From NCBI GenBank assembly GCA_044870745.1, contig JBIOZE010000131.1, positions 430-64,429 on the forward strand: a stretch of 64,000 bases of DNA, in the 5' to 3' direction. The translations under genes and the position numbers were made by a program. This document shows, piece after piece, positions 47,025-57,345 of the stretch. Within the stretch, counting starts at the first letter, position 1. Each line of letters begins with the position of its first letter. The stretch is from Nitrososphaeraceae archaeon. Its GTDB lineage: Archaea; Thermoproteota; Nitrososphaeria; Nitrososphaerales; Nitrososphaeraceae. The notes beneath the pieces are model-generated. The model did no database searches, was not told the origin of the DNA, and was given only the letters and a program-made list of their open reading frames with translations.

Positions 47025-47753
47025 TTGACTAGAATGGACGTGACCAAGGGATTTAAACGCACGTTCGAGATTTCATTAATTTACATTTTTGTTAGTATGA
47101 CTTTATTATTGTCGAGTATTGTTGCTTCTTCATACGGGCAAGCACCTTCAGTTACTACTACCACCCCATCCCAAGAATCACTTCCTGAAGTAAAAATCAC
47201 GTCGATAGAGGATGGAGATTCAGTTCCAGTTTTGGGAAATTTAACCATTAGCGGAACATCATCCGACGACGCAAGTAGCGCTTGTCAAGTTTCTGTGATC
47301 GCAAATGATGTCAAGCCATATCAGCCAGTAATTGCAACTGGTAGTGGAGGGCCAGCAGACTATTCTGACTGGGAATTTACAATTACTTCTAATTATACTT
47401 CAATCAAAGCAGGAGAGAATGAAATAACTTCAAAAGTCGTGTGTCCAGGGAACGGCGCGGAACTTACGAAGTGGTATGGAGTCAACGTAACAGGTGTATC
47501 AGGAACATCTTCGGTGAATGCAAATTCCTCTGAACAGAGTGATGAAAGCGGTTCGTCAAATTCCTCTGCACAATCTAGCGGTCCTGTCTATTCTTATTCA
47601 AAGCAGAAGAATGCAAATACTCAAGATTCAATAGACGTTGATTCAGAACAAGAAACTGAGCTTTCTAGCGGCGAATCAACCACAACGACTGGAAATACAT
47701 CAAATAATAGCGGAGGAGTATCTACCAATTTTGTGCCTCCTTTCTCACCCTAA
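47025..47753 (+). CDS. Secreted protein with Ig-like domain and S/T-rich tail
   Basis: Signal peptide ending SYG-Q, VKITS...ISGTSSD...GENEITSK beta-sandwich pattern, ends FVPPFSP. Confidence 0.75.
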   Translation: MTRMDVTKGFKRTFEISLIYIFVSMTLLLSSIVASSYGQAPSVTTTTPSQESLPEVKITSIEDGDSVPVLGNLTISGTSSDDASSACQVSVIANDVKPYQPVIATGSGGPADYSDWEFTITSNYTSIKAGENEITSKVVCPGNGAELTKWYGVNVTGVSGTSSVNANSSEQSDESGSSNSSAQSSGPVYSYSKQKNANTQDSIDVDSEQETELSSGESTTTTGNTSNNSGGVSTNFVPPFSP

Positions 47754-47936
47754 CTTTTCTTCATCTTAATTAATTAATTTTGCTCTCACGTCTAGCAAAT
47801 ACAAGAAGTAATGATTTTTTTAGAGCCTGTGTCCAAAAAGATCATTTACTAGTTCTATCTTTAATCATCATTTTTTGAACAATGGGTTAGCATGTGTATA
47901 GCTACACGGAAATAACTACTCCACTGTCAGCTGAGG

Positions 47937-48809
47937 ATGTTGATAGAATTCACACCGGGTAGATTACTCTTATCGGTTTTTGTCTTACTAGTCTTTGCAT
48001 CGGTCAGTATGTTTTGGCACTATGCCTATGATAACATGAAATTTGTTTTTGGTACTGTTCTTGATCTAGATGAATATATCGACTCGTCAGGTAGTAAGAA
48101 AACGGAGACTATGCAGACAAACTCCACAGTCACAAATGCGAGCGGCGTGGTGACTGGTACAACGATAAACGACGCAACTTCAAACTTCACATCAATATTT
48201 GAATTTCCAGATATCGCTTTGAAAATGAAATACCCGGGTAATTGGGAAAAAGTAGAATACGGTAGGGCTGTAAAGGCTTATGGCGAAGGTATTATTGCAA
48301 GTCTTCTATCGCCACTTGAAGCCTCGTCAGATAAGTTCAGAGAACTCGTATTGATTAAGGTTGAAAATTTAAGTTCCTCTGACGTCAAAGACTTGCCTTC
48401 CGACAATTCAATTGGGGGGAATCCAACCTATCAGGTCGTTTTCGATCGTCCTAACCTAGCCAATAAGTCGGACATTATAATGACGCTTAAGGAATGGACA
48501 CCATTAAATGATAAGGCATTTGCCATAGAATTCAGCGCTGAAAAAAGCAAATTCAAAGACTATTTGCCTCTTGTAACTCAGATAATTGGCTCCATTGAAC
48601 TGAATGGCGTCAGTACATCGTCAGTGTCTGCTAATGAATCCGATCAACCCCAGACTTCCTCAATAGCATCGCAAGATGGAGAAGAGGCAACGATCACTAG
48701 TGGTGATTCAACTACCCAAACTGCTTCTGTAATTGAAAAACTACTCCAACGGGATATAGATATGAACGAAACTAAAACTAATTCAGAAACAGAAAATGTG
48801 ACTAGATAG
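47937..48809 (+). CDS. Membrane-anchored PsbP-like domain protein
   Basis: N-terminal TM, LKMKYPGNW, AFAIEFSA...FKDYLPLVTQIIGSIEL. Confidence 0.7.
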   Translation: MLIEFTPGRLLLSVFVLLVFASVSMFWHYAYDNMKFVFGTVLDLDEYIDSSGSKKTETMQTNSTVTNASGVVTGTTINDATSNFTSIFEFPDIALKMKYPGNWEKVEYGRAVKAYGEGIIASLLSPLEASSDKFRELVLIKVENLSSSDVKDLPSDNSIGGNPTYQVVFDRPNLANKSDIIMTLKEWTPLNDKAFAIEFSAEKSKFKDYLPLVTQIIGSIELNGVSTSSVSANESDQPQTSSIASQDGEEATITSGDSTTQTASVIEKLLQRDIDMNETKTNSETENVTR

Positions 48810-49042
48810 GTTCTAACATAGGAACTAACTATTCTTCAACACCCCTTATTCTTCTTAGAATTGATTTACTGTTGGTTCGATATTCCTTGTGTCTTGCCGA
48901 AAAATAGTGTTACTATAGATAGTAAGTAGGTTTAATCAGCGATTCAGAAAATGCGTGAATATTATTTAATGGGAGACCTTTAATCTACTTAATTTCAAAA
49001 AGAACCTTTTGTTTGTAAAATGTCCGGTTAAAAAAAGGGAAT

Positions 49043-50065
49043 TTAGAGGACAGTTCTTACGTCTTCACAGTTATCGTTTGTCACGTCGCCTTTACTTGGA
49101 TCAAAGTCCACTACGGTATCGAATCCTGATCCGCAGTCAAAGAAGTTAGCGCCTGGACCACCTTCAAGTGTATCGTCCCCGTCTTGTGCATATAGTTCAT
49201 CGTTTCCTTTACCCCCATTAAGATAGTCATCGTTTGGTCCAGCAAATACTGCGTCATCCCCATCATCGCCGTGTATGTTATCGTTACCGAATCCTCCTTG
49301 AATTGAATCGGGGCCGGCTCCTCCATGCATGATATCATCGTCGTCTCTTCCTTGGATTACATCTCCGGCACCCTTGCCAGACATGTCGTCGGCTGAACTA
49401 GTTCCTAAGAGAATGTCGCTTTTCTTAGTTCCATCAATTTCATTAAACTGAAATCCATCTACGATGTTACCTATTGGAAGACCACAGACATTGAATTCCC
49501 GTCTCTCTTTCAATGGAAGGCTTTTTTTGTAATCAAGTGTGTCTTTGATCCTATCATCACTATCAATATCAGTATCTGTCTTTATTAGTTCGTTCAGAGC
49601 CTCAGGATCACCAGTCTCTATGATGGTTTCGTTATCAGGAGGCGGACCTATGGTTATGCTTTCTACTGGGAAGAAGATGTCAGGTACTTCAAAATGATTG
49701 TCATTTTTCTTGAATGCAACATTCGGGTTATCAAGTCCATTTAAGGTGTTGTCAATTATTCCTAATCCTTCACCTGGCCCCTCGAGTTCTACGTCATTAT
49801 CTATTGTAGCGTCCCTGTCGATTTCATCCACTCTTTCCTGTTCAGTATTTGTATCCTCAGTTTCTAAAGATCTAGAACCTGTTAGTGTAATTTGCTTTCC
49901 CTTGTGATCATCCAAACAATTTTCATCCAAATTATATTTTGATTGTTCAGCATTGCCGGTCTTCGCATATACATTGGAAATAAGTACTGATCCCAGTAAC
50001 ATGGAGGCTATCAGTGTAGATGCCACAGCTATCATAAAGCTTGATCTCAGATGTAAGGATTTCAT
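49043..50065 (-). CDS. Secreted RTX/hemolysin-type Ca-binding repeat protein
   Basis: Sec signal (NVYA-K), about 10 nonapeptide repeats (GGAGPD, GGFGND, GGKGND, GGPGAN). Confidence 0.88.
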   Translation of the reverse strand: MKSLHLRSSFMIAVASTLIASMLLGSVLISNVYAKTGNAEQSKYNLDENCLDDHKGKQITLTGSRSLETEDTNTEQERVDEIDRDATIDNDVELEGPGEGLGIIDNTLNGLDNPNVAFKKNDNHFEVPDIFFPVESITIGPPPDNETIIETGDPEALNELIKTDTDIDSDDRIKDTLDYKKSLPLKERREFNVCGLPIGNIVDGFQFNEIDGTKKSDILLGTSSADDMSGKGAGDVIQGRDDDDIMHGGAGPDSIQGGFGNDNIHGDDGDDAVFAGPNDDYLNGGKGNDELYAQDGDDTLEGGPGANFFDCGSGFDTVVDFDPSKGDVTNDNCEDVRTVL

Positions 50066-50344
50066 TTATTTTCAAGAACAACTTAATTCCAAATTATTTA
50101 TAGGGTATGAACCAGTAGCTAAATGAATTGAGTAATAAGTATGAACTTGAAAACACGCGTTAAAGAAACTGTAATTAGATAGCTATTCGTCATTTATGCA
50201 GGCCGTAATGCTGAACTTAGTTATGATCGATTCTCATATCTATATTTACTAAATTGTAGCGTATGATAGTAAATTAGCGCATAGCCCCTCTCACTCTCAC
50301 TATGGTGCCTTATTAGTTATCTATTCGTAATTCAACCATATCAA

Positions 50345-50563
50345 GTGCACGAATATCTTTCAGGCAATAGTAATTCGGTCTACAAAGAATGTAGGAATTG
50401 CAAAAAAAGAACCCCACACGTTTGCAGCAATTGTGACTATTGTTATAGCTGCCACGGTAAAATTGAAAAGTTGGCTAATGTTGATTCAGTTCAGAAATTC
50501 GTATTAGAAGAGCGTAGGAAGAAGCGATACCAACCCGTATTCATAACTTATAGGATAAAGTAG
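50345..50563 (+). CDS. Small Cys-rich Zn-binding protein
   Basis: CRNC...HVCSNCDYCYSCH. Confidence 0.65.
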   Translation: MHEYLSGNSNSVYKECRNCKKRTPHVCSNCDYCYSCHGKIEKLANVDSVQKFVLEERRKKRYQPVFITYRIK

Positions 50564-50706
50564 AACTATTTCATTTCCAGCTATCAATATCTTAAGGTTC
50601 CCTTCATTTGCCTTCCTATTGCCAATGGAATGGTGGACCAGTGACACAGCTGTGTACTAGATTGACCTTTACTAAATGCAGTAATATTAGTATATTACTC
50701 TATTTT

Positions 50707-51054
50707 TTACGTAGAGAAGGTTAGCGAAGTATCATCTAACTCCAACAATGGAATATACAGTGACTGGGTATCTGATCCGAGCGCCTCAACAAAACCGAAT
50801 TTTCCAGTTAGTCTATTGAGTTCGATAAATTTCTTGCTTGGTTTTTCCTTTTCGACAATATAATGAATTGTCACTCCTCCGACAGTACCAGTTTGAATGA
50901 ATAAGATCTGCATTTTTTTAGCTTCTATATGATAAAGCAAGGGGACGAGTCCAAGGGGTGACTGTGCAGAAAACAGTATTACCTTTAACATATCCTCCAA
51001 GTTTTTGTATTTAAGGAAAGTATAGTTTGAAGCATCTTTTTCTTTGGTTACCAT
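50707..51054 (-). CDS. Hypothetical protein
   Basis: 115-aa ORF, ATG start, no competing ORF. Confidence 0.75.
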   Translation of the reverse strand: MVTKEKDASNYTFLKYKNLEDMLKVILFSAQSPLGLVPLLYHIEAKKMQILFIQTGTVGGVTIHYIVEKEKPSKKFIELNRLTGKFGFVEALGSDTQSLYIPLLELDDTSLTFST

Positions 51055-51304
51055 ATAAGCTAGATCACGATACTCTGATTTCTTCTTAACGTTCTAAAAT
51101 TTGTAACCAAGTGAATAGCGGTTGTTTACCTCGCTCTATTTTTGAGTTGCAATAATCAATCAAGATATTATTTGTTCTCAACTTTACTCATGACTTTACA
51201 AAAAATATTTTATTTTTAGCTAATCGATCGAATTAAACTTGAATTTTAGCACATCTTACCAATTGTAACGAGTAATTTATCTGAAACTGATTAAAGGATT
51301 CATA

Positions 51305-52207
51305 TCATTTGACTGATTCCATTAGTAATTCCAAATCATTATGATTAAACGGATCGTGAAAAGCAAGGAAAAATTGCTCTACCCCAGCATTAACGTAATC
51401 TTTAATTTTTTCCCTTATTCTGTCAGGTGTTCCAACTAGCCCATTTCGCATTATCTGATTGAAAACACCAGGACCTCTATCCATCATGAATAATTTTTTC
51501 TTGTACTCCAACTCCGATTCTGATTTGGCAATTATGACATCCAGTTCAATCGATCGTATTATCTTATCCTTACTGTTTCTATTCTCATAATTGGATATTT
51601 CCTTGAATCTTGCCTCTAAACTTTGGAATTTATCAGGGGAAATGTAAGAGGCCTCCCACACATCCGCATGCTTAGCCGCTATTGCCATCGTCTTCTCTCC
51701 TTTTGCGGCCACTGTGATTGGGATTCTTATTTTGGTCTTATTCATGGTACCACCATTTATCTTGAAGTGATCTCCTTCGAAGAAAACTGACTGGCCGTCC
51801 CAGAATTTTTGTAGGACCTGTAGACCTTCATTCAAACTGTCTAAGCGTTCTTTGATTTTTGGATAAGGTATGCCAAATGGGTACCACCACTGGGAAGCAT
51901 ATTGTAGAATCGCGCCAGCACCAGTCCTAAAGTCAAGCCTACCTCGAGACAGATCCTGAAAAGTTATAGCCTGTTTTGCAAGTAGTGCAATACTACGATA
52001 TTCGGGCAAAAGATATGTAATTACGGGGCCCAATCTTATCTTGTCAGTTATGGACGAGAGGTGGGATATTACAGTCCAACAATCCATATCGATGTTGGCC
52101 AATGATTCACCATAATAGAATCCGTAATAGTCGAGCTTTTCAGCTAAAATGCATGTATTTTTAATATCCTCGTAGCAAGTTCCCCATACTTCAAGACAAA
52201 ATCGCAT
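51305..52207 (-). CDS. LLM-class flavin/F420-dependent oxidoreductase
   Basis: AEKLDY, IRLGPVIT, LAKQAITFQDLSRGRLDFRTGAG, LVGTPD. Confidence 0.9.
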   Translation of the reverse strand: MRFCLEVWGTCYEDIKNTCILAEKLDYYGFYYGESLANIDMDCWTVISHLSSITDKIRLGPVITYLLPEYRSIALLAKQAITFQDLSRGRLDFRTGAGAILQYASQWWYPFGIPYPKIKERLDSLNEGLQVLQKFWDGQSVFFEGDHFKINGGTMNKTKIRIPITVAAKGEKTMAIAAKHADVWEASYISPDKFQSLEARFKEISNYENRNSKDKIIRSIELDVIIAKSESELEYKKKLFMMDRGPGVFNQIMRNGLVGTPDRIREKIKDYVNAGVEQFFLAFHDPFNHNDLELLMESVK

Positions 52208-52484
52208 GATTGAGAGTAAATATCTGTCTGATTATTATTGCCTACCATCAATGACAATAGTGAATAGGAATTTCCTGGAAGCAATGTAGGCAAGGAAATA
52301 TTCGAAGCGATGCAAGTCATTAAATTTGTTGAAACTTTCTATGTTAGGATGCATTGTAGTTCATCATAGTGTGGTCTTCAATGAGACATCGCGAAAAATT
52401 CATAATTCAAGCTCATATACACCACACATCTTTCCTCAATTCTGCTATAGTTTTTAATGGTCTGCACAGGAATAAGGCATAACA

Positions 52485-52907
52485 TTGAGTCCCGTACAGG
52501 AAATGGAATTCGAATGGTATTTTCGAGACCATCTGTTCAGATCCATGAACAAGGGTCTTAACCGATTAGAAATAAGCACAATCCCTAAAACGTTGGTAGA
52601 CACGTATCTAAAATTTCGAAATGCCAATGTAGATGAGATCGCTTTTCTTCTGCATTCTGCAATAGAAAACCTTGTACAAAGAAACGTAATTACTCATGAC
52701 GGTACTTTTATTGGATTGAAGGGAAAACTCACACGAAAACAATGTGGCAAATGTTTCTATGTTTGCTATGTGTCAGAGAACGAACCATTGTCGTGCTTTA
52801 GATGCTCTAATGCTGAATTGCGTGATTTTCCAATTAAAAAGACTACCATAAGTGGTTCAAAGTCAGGGGAAGACTTGGGCCTTGGACATTCCAACAAAGC
52901 AAACTAA
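52485..52907 (+). CDS. Hypothetical protein (wHTH-like region plus Zn ribbon)
   Basis: CGKC...CFRC in C-half, TTG start. Confidence 0.7.
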   Translation: MSPVQEMEFEWYFRDHLFRSMNKGLNRLEISTIPKTLVDTYLKFRNANVDEIAFLLHSAIENLVQRNVITHDGTFIGLKGKLTRKQCGKCFYVCYVSENEPLSCFRCSNAELRDFPIKKTTISGSKSGEDLGLGHSNKAN

Positions 52908-53071
52908 TTCAGATGACAAGACTAGTCAAATCTTGAATTACATTTAGAAGCACGAACTCCAATATCTGGAGAAAATAGCTTAGATCATGCCTAGGCTCAT
53001 ACCTGCATTGATTCGTTGCGAATATTGAAACTCATATATATGTAGCCCGAGGGTATCTTCCCTGAAAGAGA

Positions 53072-53485
53072 ATGTCAGCTTTAACTAATCGAAAATTTAA
53101 TGAAGAAATGCTTCAATTTGTTGGGAAAAAAGTTTCTGTAGAGACATCAGACCAAAAAAATTATGATGGTGTTATGGCTGCCATGGATGATAAGCTCAAT
53201 GTTGTTATTGATAATGTCGAAGGAAAAGGAATATTGAAGCTGATAATTAATGGCTCATTCGTAAAGGAAGTAAAATTACTCGAGAAACCTTTCGATCTGA
53301 AAGGATTGGCTGAAAGACTTGGACGAGTCTTTCCTGGTCTTGTAAAGATCAGAGACGATGTTGGGGCAATAATTGTCATGGACAAGATCAAGGTTACTCA
53401 AACAGGAGTTGAAGAAGGCGTTGGACTGGCTGCAAATCGCGTGAAAGCAGTCTATGACGAGTTCATGAGAGATTCAAAGAAGTGA
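53072..53485 (+). CDS. Sm/Lsm-family protein with C-terminal extension (SmAP3-like)
   Basis: VGKKVSVET...YDGVMAAMDDKLNVVIDN...INGSFV Sm1/Sm2 motifs plus about 65-aa C-domain. Confidence 0.8.
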   Translation: MSALTNRKFNEEMLQFVGKKVSVETSDQKNYDGVMAAMDDKLNVVIDNVEGKGILKLIINGSFVKEVKLLEKPFDLKGLAERLGRVFPGLVKIRDDVGAIIVMDKIKVTQTGVEEGVGLAANRVKAVYDEFMRDSKK

Positions 53486-53811
53486 TTCCTGAAAACTAGG
53501 ATGAATATTGTAGTGAGCTTGCGGATATTTTAGGATAGGAATCGTTAAAGTTTGATTCATCTCTGATAGTTGAACTAATTGTGCTACTATATTTGTAAAT
53601 AAGAAGCCCACTGAAATAGAATTTTACTAATTATCATCTGTTCAACCAATTTTATTACCTACATCAATTTGCAGATTAACCTGGAAACGGTATATCTGTT
53701 TCTAGAATGGACGCGATTAAGTATTAACTTAATTAGTGGAATATTTTCTCTACTCTACCGACGGTAGTTTGTTTACAGATACTGGAGCTTATTTGATTGT
53801 AGGAATCAACA

Positions 53812-55368
53812 TTGTCCTTTGAAATCAAGTACTCTGACTTGGCCGGTCGAATAGGAAAATTATCAACTCCAAGCGGCATTATTGAAACGCCTGCCTTTAT
53901 CCCCGTTGTTCACCCTGTAAAGCAGTCCATAAGCCCACACTTCTTGAAAAGTTTAGGTTTCGAAGCAGTAATAACAAATGCATATATCGCGCTAGGACAT
54001 TACGGAGAGGAAGCCATACTAAAAGGCATACACAATATTATTGATTTTGATGGTGTTGTAATGACTGATTCAGGTGGATATCAGGTGCTTGAATATGGTT
54101 CAATTGATCTTGCTCCTTCAACTATTGCGAAATTTGAGCGAGACATTCGAAGTGATATTTGTATACCACTTGACAAGCCTACGGGATACGGTCTCAAGCA
54201 TGATCTTGCGAACAAATACGTGGAAGAGACGCTCTTGAACGCTCAAAACACTCTAAGCATTATTGGTGAATCCAGTAATTCCGCCGGCCCACTCTGGGTT
54301 GGCCCAGTACAGGGCGCAGAACACCTAGATCTAGTGAAAAAATCGGCAGAGGCCCTTGATAAGATGCACTTCCGGATGTTTGCACTAGGTAGCCCTGTTC
54401 AATTGATGGAAGCATATGAATTTGCAATTTTGGCAGATATCATATCTGCACTTAAGCGTGCGATACCAGTCAAGCCCATTCATCTTTTTGGAGCAGGTCA
54501 TCCTCTTACCATCCCACTTGCAGTAGCCTTGGGATGTGACACTTTTGATTCGGCATCCTACATTTTGTATGCAAGGGATAGTAGGTATATGCATCAAAAT
54601 GGCACTTCCAGATTAGAGGATTTGAATTATTTTTCATGTCAATGTCCCGTCTGCTCGAGATTTACTGTGAAAGAGTTACAAAACACTGACGAAGAAACTC
54701 GAGTTAATGAGTTAGCAAAACACAATCTGTATATCCTAAGGGCTGAAGTTTTGGCTGTAAAACAGGCAATTAGAGATGGCAGATTATGGGAATATGTTAC
54801 TCAAAAGTCGAAAGCTCATCCAAAACTCAGAGAAGCGATTATGAACTTTCCAAACTATGAGTTTCTTGAAACAGGAACACCTATGTTCAAGAAAAAGGCA
54901 ATTTATTTTTACGAACCACTAGACCAGTATAGACCAGAGGCTCGTCGATTTAGAAATATGACTTTACGATTTAAGACCCGGAAAAAAGAAAATTTAATAA
55001 TTTTTCCAGAAGGTCAAATTGCCCCTTTCTATACTTCACTGGCATTTCACAAGCTGACAAAGAAATTTCCAAATGATCAGATATGTACATACAATCCATA
55101 TCTTGGAATAATTCCCGCAGAAGTATCTGATATATTTCCTGCAGCTCATAAGGTAGTACCTAAAATCAATACAACCATTTACTCTACTGAAGACTTTTCT
55201 ACATTCGTTGAGTCATTCATTAAGTTTTTTCAATCGAATGATTTCAAAAAAATTACAATAGTAGCAGATCCGTTCATGAAAAGTATTGTTAAGAACTATG
55301 CTCCCAACAACGATGGTGTATCAGTTACAGTTTTAGATTATCATCACGACGTCATCGATACAATATAA
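53812..55368 (+). CDS. tgtA: tRNA-guanine(15) transglycosylase (archaeosine pathway)
   Basis: ETPAFIPV, MTDSGGYQ, GPVQG, HLFGAGHP, GCDTFDSA, Zn CQCPVC...HNL. No clear PUA domain. Confidence 0.95.
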   Translation: MSFEIKYSDLAGRIGKLSTPSGIIETPAFIPVVHPVKQSISPHFLKSLGFEAVITNAYIALGHYGEEAILKGIHNIIDFDGVVMTDSGGYQVLEYGSIDLAPSTIAKFERDIRSDICIPLDKPTGYGLKHDLANKYVEETLLNAQNTLSIIGESSNSAGPLWVGPVQGAEHLDLVKKSAEALDKMHFRMFALGSPVQLMEAYEFAILADIISALKRAIPVKPIHLFGAGHPLTIPLAVALGCDTFDSASYILYARDSRYMHQNGTSRLEDLNYFSCQCPVCSRFTVKELQNTDEETRVNELAKHNLYILRAEVLAVKQAIRDGRLWEYVTQKSKAHPKLREAIMNFPNYEFLETGTPMFKKKAIYFYEPLDQYRPEARRFRNMTLRFKTRKKENLIIFPEGQIAPFYTSLAFHKLTKKFPNDQICTYNPYLGIIPAEVSDIFPAAHKVVPKINTTIYSTEDFSTFVESFIKFFQSNDFKKITIVADPFMKSIVKNYAPNNDGVSVTVLDYHHDVIDTI

Positions 55369-55530
55369 TGGGGTTAACTGTCAAATATTTTATTTCTTTC
55401 CTAGCCTATCCTAGTCTCCCTTCTCAACAAGCGTAATGACATGATAACCTATCTTCAGAATATAAAACAAACAAAGATGCGTAGTGTAAACTAGATATAC
55501 CTAGTACATATCTACTATTATTGGGGGGAA

Positions 55531-55941
55531 TTGTTAATGCCTGTTGATTATGAATTTCTTTACTCCTTTGGAGAACAACTTCTTAATTTCCAGAAATCCC
55601 TAAGATGGGTTGGTATAGCAAATAGATATGGAGTATTGCTCTCGGTGGAGCATCGGGATAATTTGAAGCCATTTATGACTGAAGAGGAAAATGAAGAGTA
55701 TGCTGCCAACGCTGTAAAAAGATATACGACCCGAATCAAATTTCAGACCAAAATCGGAAAGTTAAATTATGCTTTTGGCAGATATGAAAAGATAAGTAGA
55801 GTTACGATTCCAATAAACCATTACTACTATTTACTTTTAACTTTTGATCCAGAAGAAAAAAACTATGATGAACTTATTATGAATAAAATAGTGCCACTGA
55901 TCAGGAAGTATGACGACAAGTTTCAATCCGATGAGGAATAG
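55531..55941 (+). CDS. Thaumarchaeal DUF6659-like (roadblock/profilin-like) protein
   Basis: LRWVGIANRYG, IGKLNYAFGRYEKI..VTIP, LLLTFD pattern. Confidence 0.7.
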   Translation: MLMPVDYEFLYSFGEQLLNFQKSLRWVGIANRYGVLLSVEHRDNLKPFMTEEENEEYAANAVKRYTTRIKFQTKIGKLNYAFGRYEKISRVTIPINHYYYLLLTFDPEEKNYDELIMNKIVPLIRKYDDKFQSDEE

Positions 55942-55958
55942 ATGTGTAATTTTCGGGA

Positions 55959-57311
55959 TTATCCGCTTACAAATTTTTTGTAAATAGATAGGGCATCTTC
56001 TTCACTTTTCGCACCAACTATCGTTGCCGCTCCACTCGTCATAAAGCTCACAGATAACTGTTCTCGTTCGATGGTGTTACTGATTGCGGTTAAACCTAAC
56101 TTCCCCCGGCTCATTACCTTATATCCCAGCTGTTCAGCATTTTTTTCTATTCCCAACAAACTGAGTGGAGAAGTGACGTCTGCAGGAGTAACTGTGTAAG
56201 TTCTCTTACCTCTATCTCTACCACACAATTCCTCGATTATAAGTTCTTGTATCTGATGGGTAGGGATATGATCTGTCAACTTTCTATTCGGGCCACAAGA
56301 CGGACATTGATCATACCTGAACATCTGAACTTTATCAAAGGTAAGTTCATTCAAATCAATGTACATCAGCTTGTTCACCAGCGTTGGCTTTTCCCCAGTG
56401 ATTATCTTTACCACTTCAGAGACTTGAATGCCCGCTACCAGATACAATATTGATGGATGTACCCCTTCTGTGCTACAAGTAGGCATGTCATCTTCTGCCA
56501 ATGCAGGAAACATGCATCTCAAACATGCTGACTCATTTGGCATTATCGTGCAAACAGATCCCAGCATCCCTAGAGCCCCTGCATAGATGAGAGGAATATT
56601 GAGTTTGATACATGCATCATTTAGAGCATACCTAGCATCTATACTATCTAACGCGTCTACCACGATATCGTAGTTTTCAATTATTTTCTCAGCTGTAAAT
56701 TTGGTAACCGAAATGGGTAGCGCTTCTATCTCTACACTAGGATTAATCTGTTCTAGGCGATCTCTTGCTGCCTCAACCTTTACACGTCCAACATCGTTTT
56801 CAGTAAAAATATGCTGACGATGAAGATTGGAAATTTCAATCACGTCCCTGTCAACTATTTTAATTTTTCCAATGCCCATGGCGACGAGCTGCGTGACAAC
56901 AGGATTACCAATTCCACCGACACCAACTACACAAATTTTGGCTTTACGAATCTTTTCCATCCCCATAAAGCCAATTTCTTCAAGCATTATTTGTCTAGAA
57001 TAACGCTGTAAATCTTCAGTCTTGAGATCTGAGCCCCCTGCTACTGCAGGTAAAATGTAAACCGAATCGCCTTCATTCAAGGCTGTTGCCATACCGTCAT
57101 CGCTAAATCGCATATTCTTACCATTAATGTAAATATTGATCAGAGACCGAGGTTTTCCATTCAGATCTAGTACTCTTCGCCTAAAATCCTCACCCATCTG
57201 TTCTGAGAGCTTTGTGAATGCATCCTGAAGGTTTGTGGCGTCTAAGTGAATCTTTTTCTCTCCTTCTCCCTTTGTGAGGACAGAAGGAACTACAAATTCA
57301 ATTTTTGCCAA
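55959..57311 (-). CDS. Ubiquitin-like (MoaD/ThiS/SAMP) and E1-like (ThiF/MoeB) fusion protein
   Basis: N-terminal beta-grasp ending ILPAVAGG (G92-G93), then RYSRQ, GVGGIG, DRDVIEISNLHRQ, CLRC, PTCSTEG, CPSC. Confidence 0.93.
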   Translation of the reverse strand: MAKIEFVVPSVLTKGEGEKKIHLDATNLQDAFTKLSEQMGEDFRRRVLDLNGKPRSLINIYINGKNMRFSDDGMATALNEGDSVYILPAVAGGSDLKTEDLQRYSRQIMLEEIGFMGMEKIRKAKICVVGVGGIGNPVVTQLVAMGIGKIKIVDRDVIEISNLHRQHIFTENDVGRVKVEAARDRLEQINPSVEIEALPISVTKFTAEKIIENYDIVVDALDSIDARYALNDACIKLNIPLIYAGALGMLGSVCTIMPNESACLRCMFPALAEDDMPTCSTEGVHPSILYLVAGIQVSEVVKIITGEKPTLVNKLMYIDLNELTFDKVQMFRYDQCPSCGPNRKLTDHIPTHQIQELIIEELCGRDRGKRTYTVTPADVTSPLSLLGIEKNAEQLGYKVMSRGKLGLTAISNTIEREQLSVSFMTSGAATIVGAKSEEDALSIYKKFVSG

Positions 57312-57345
57312 ATTTTGTAATCACTATGGATCTAGATATGAAGGA

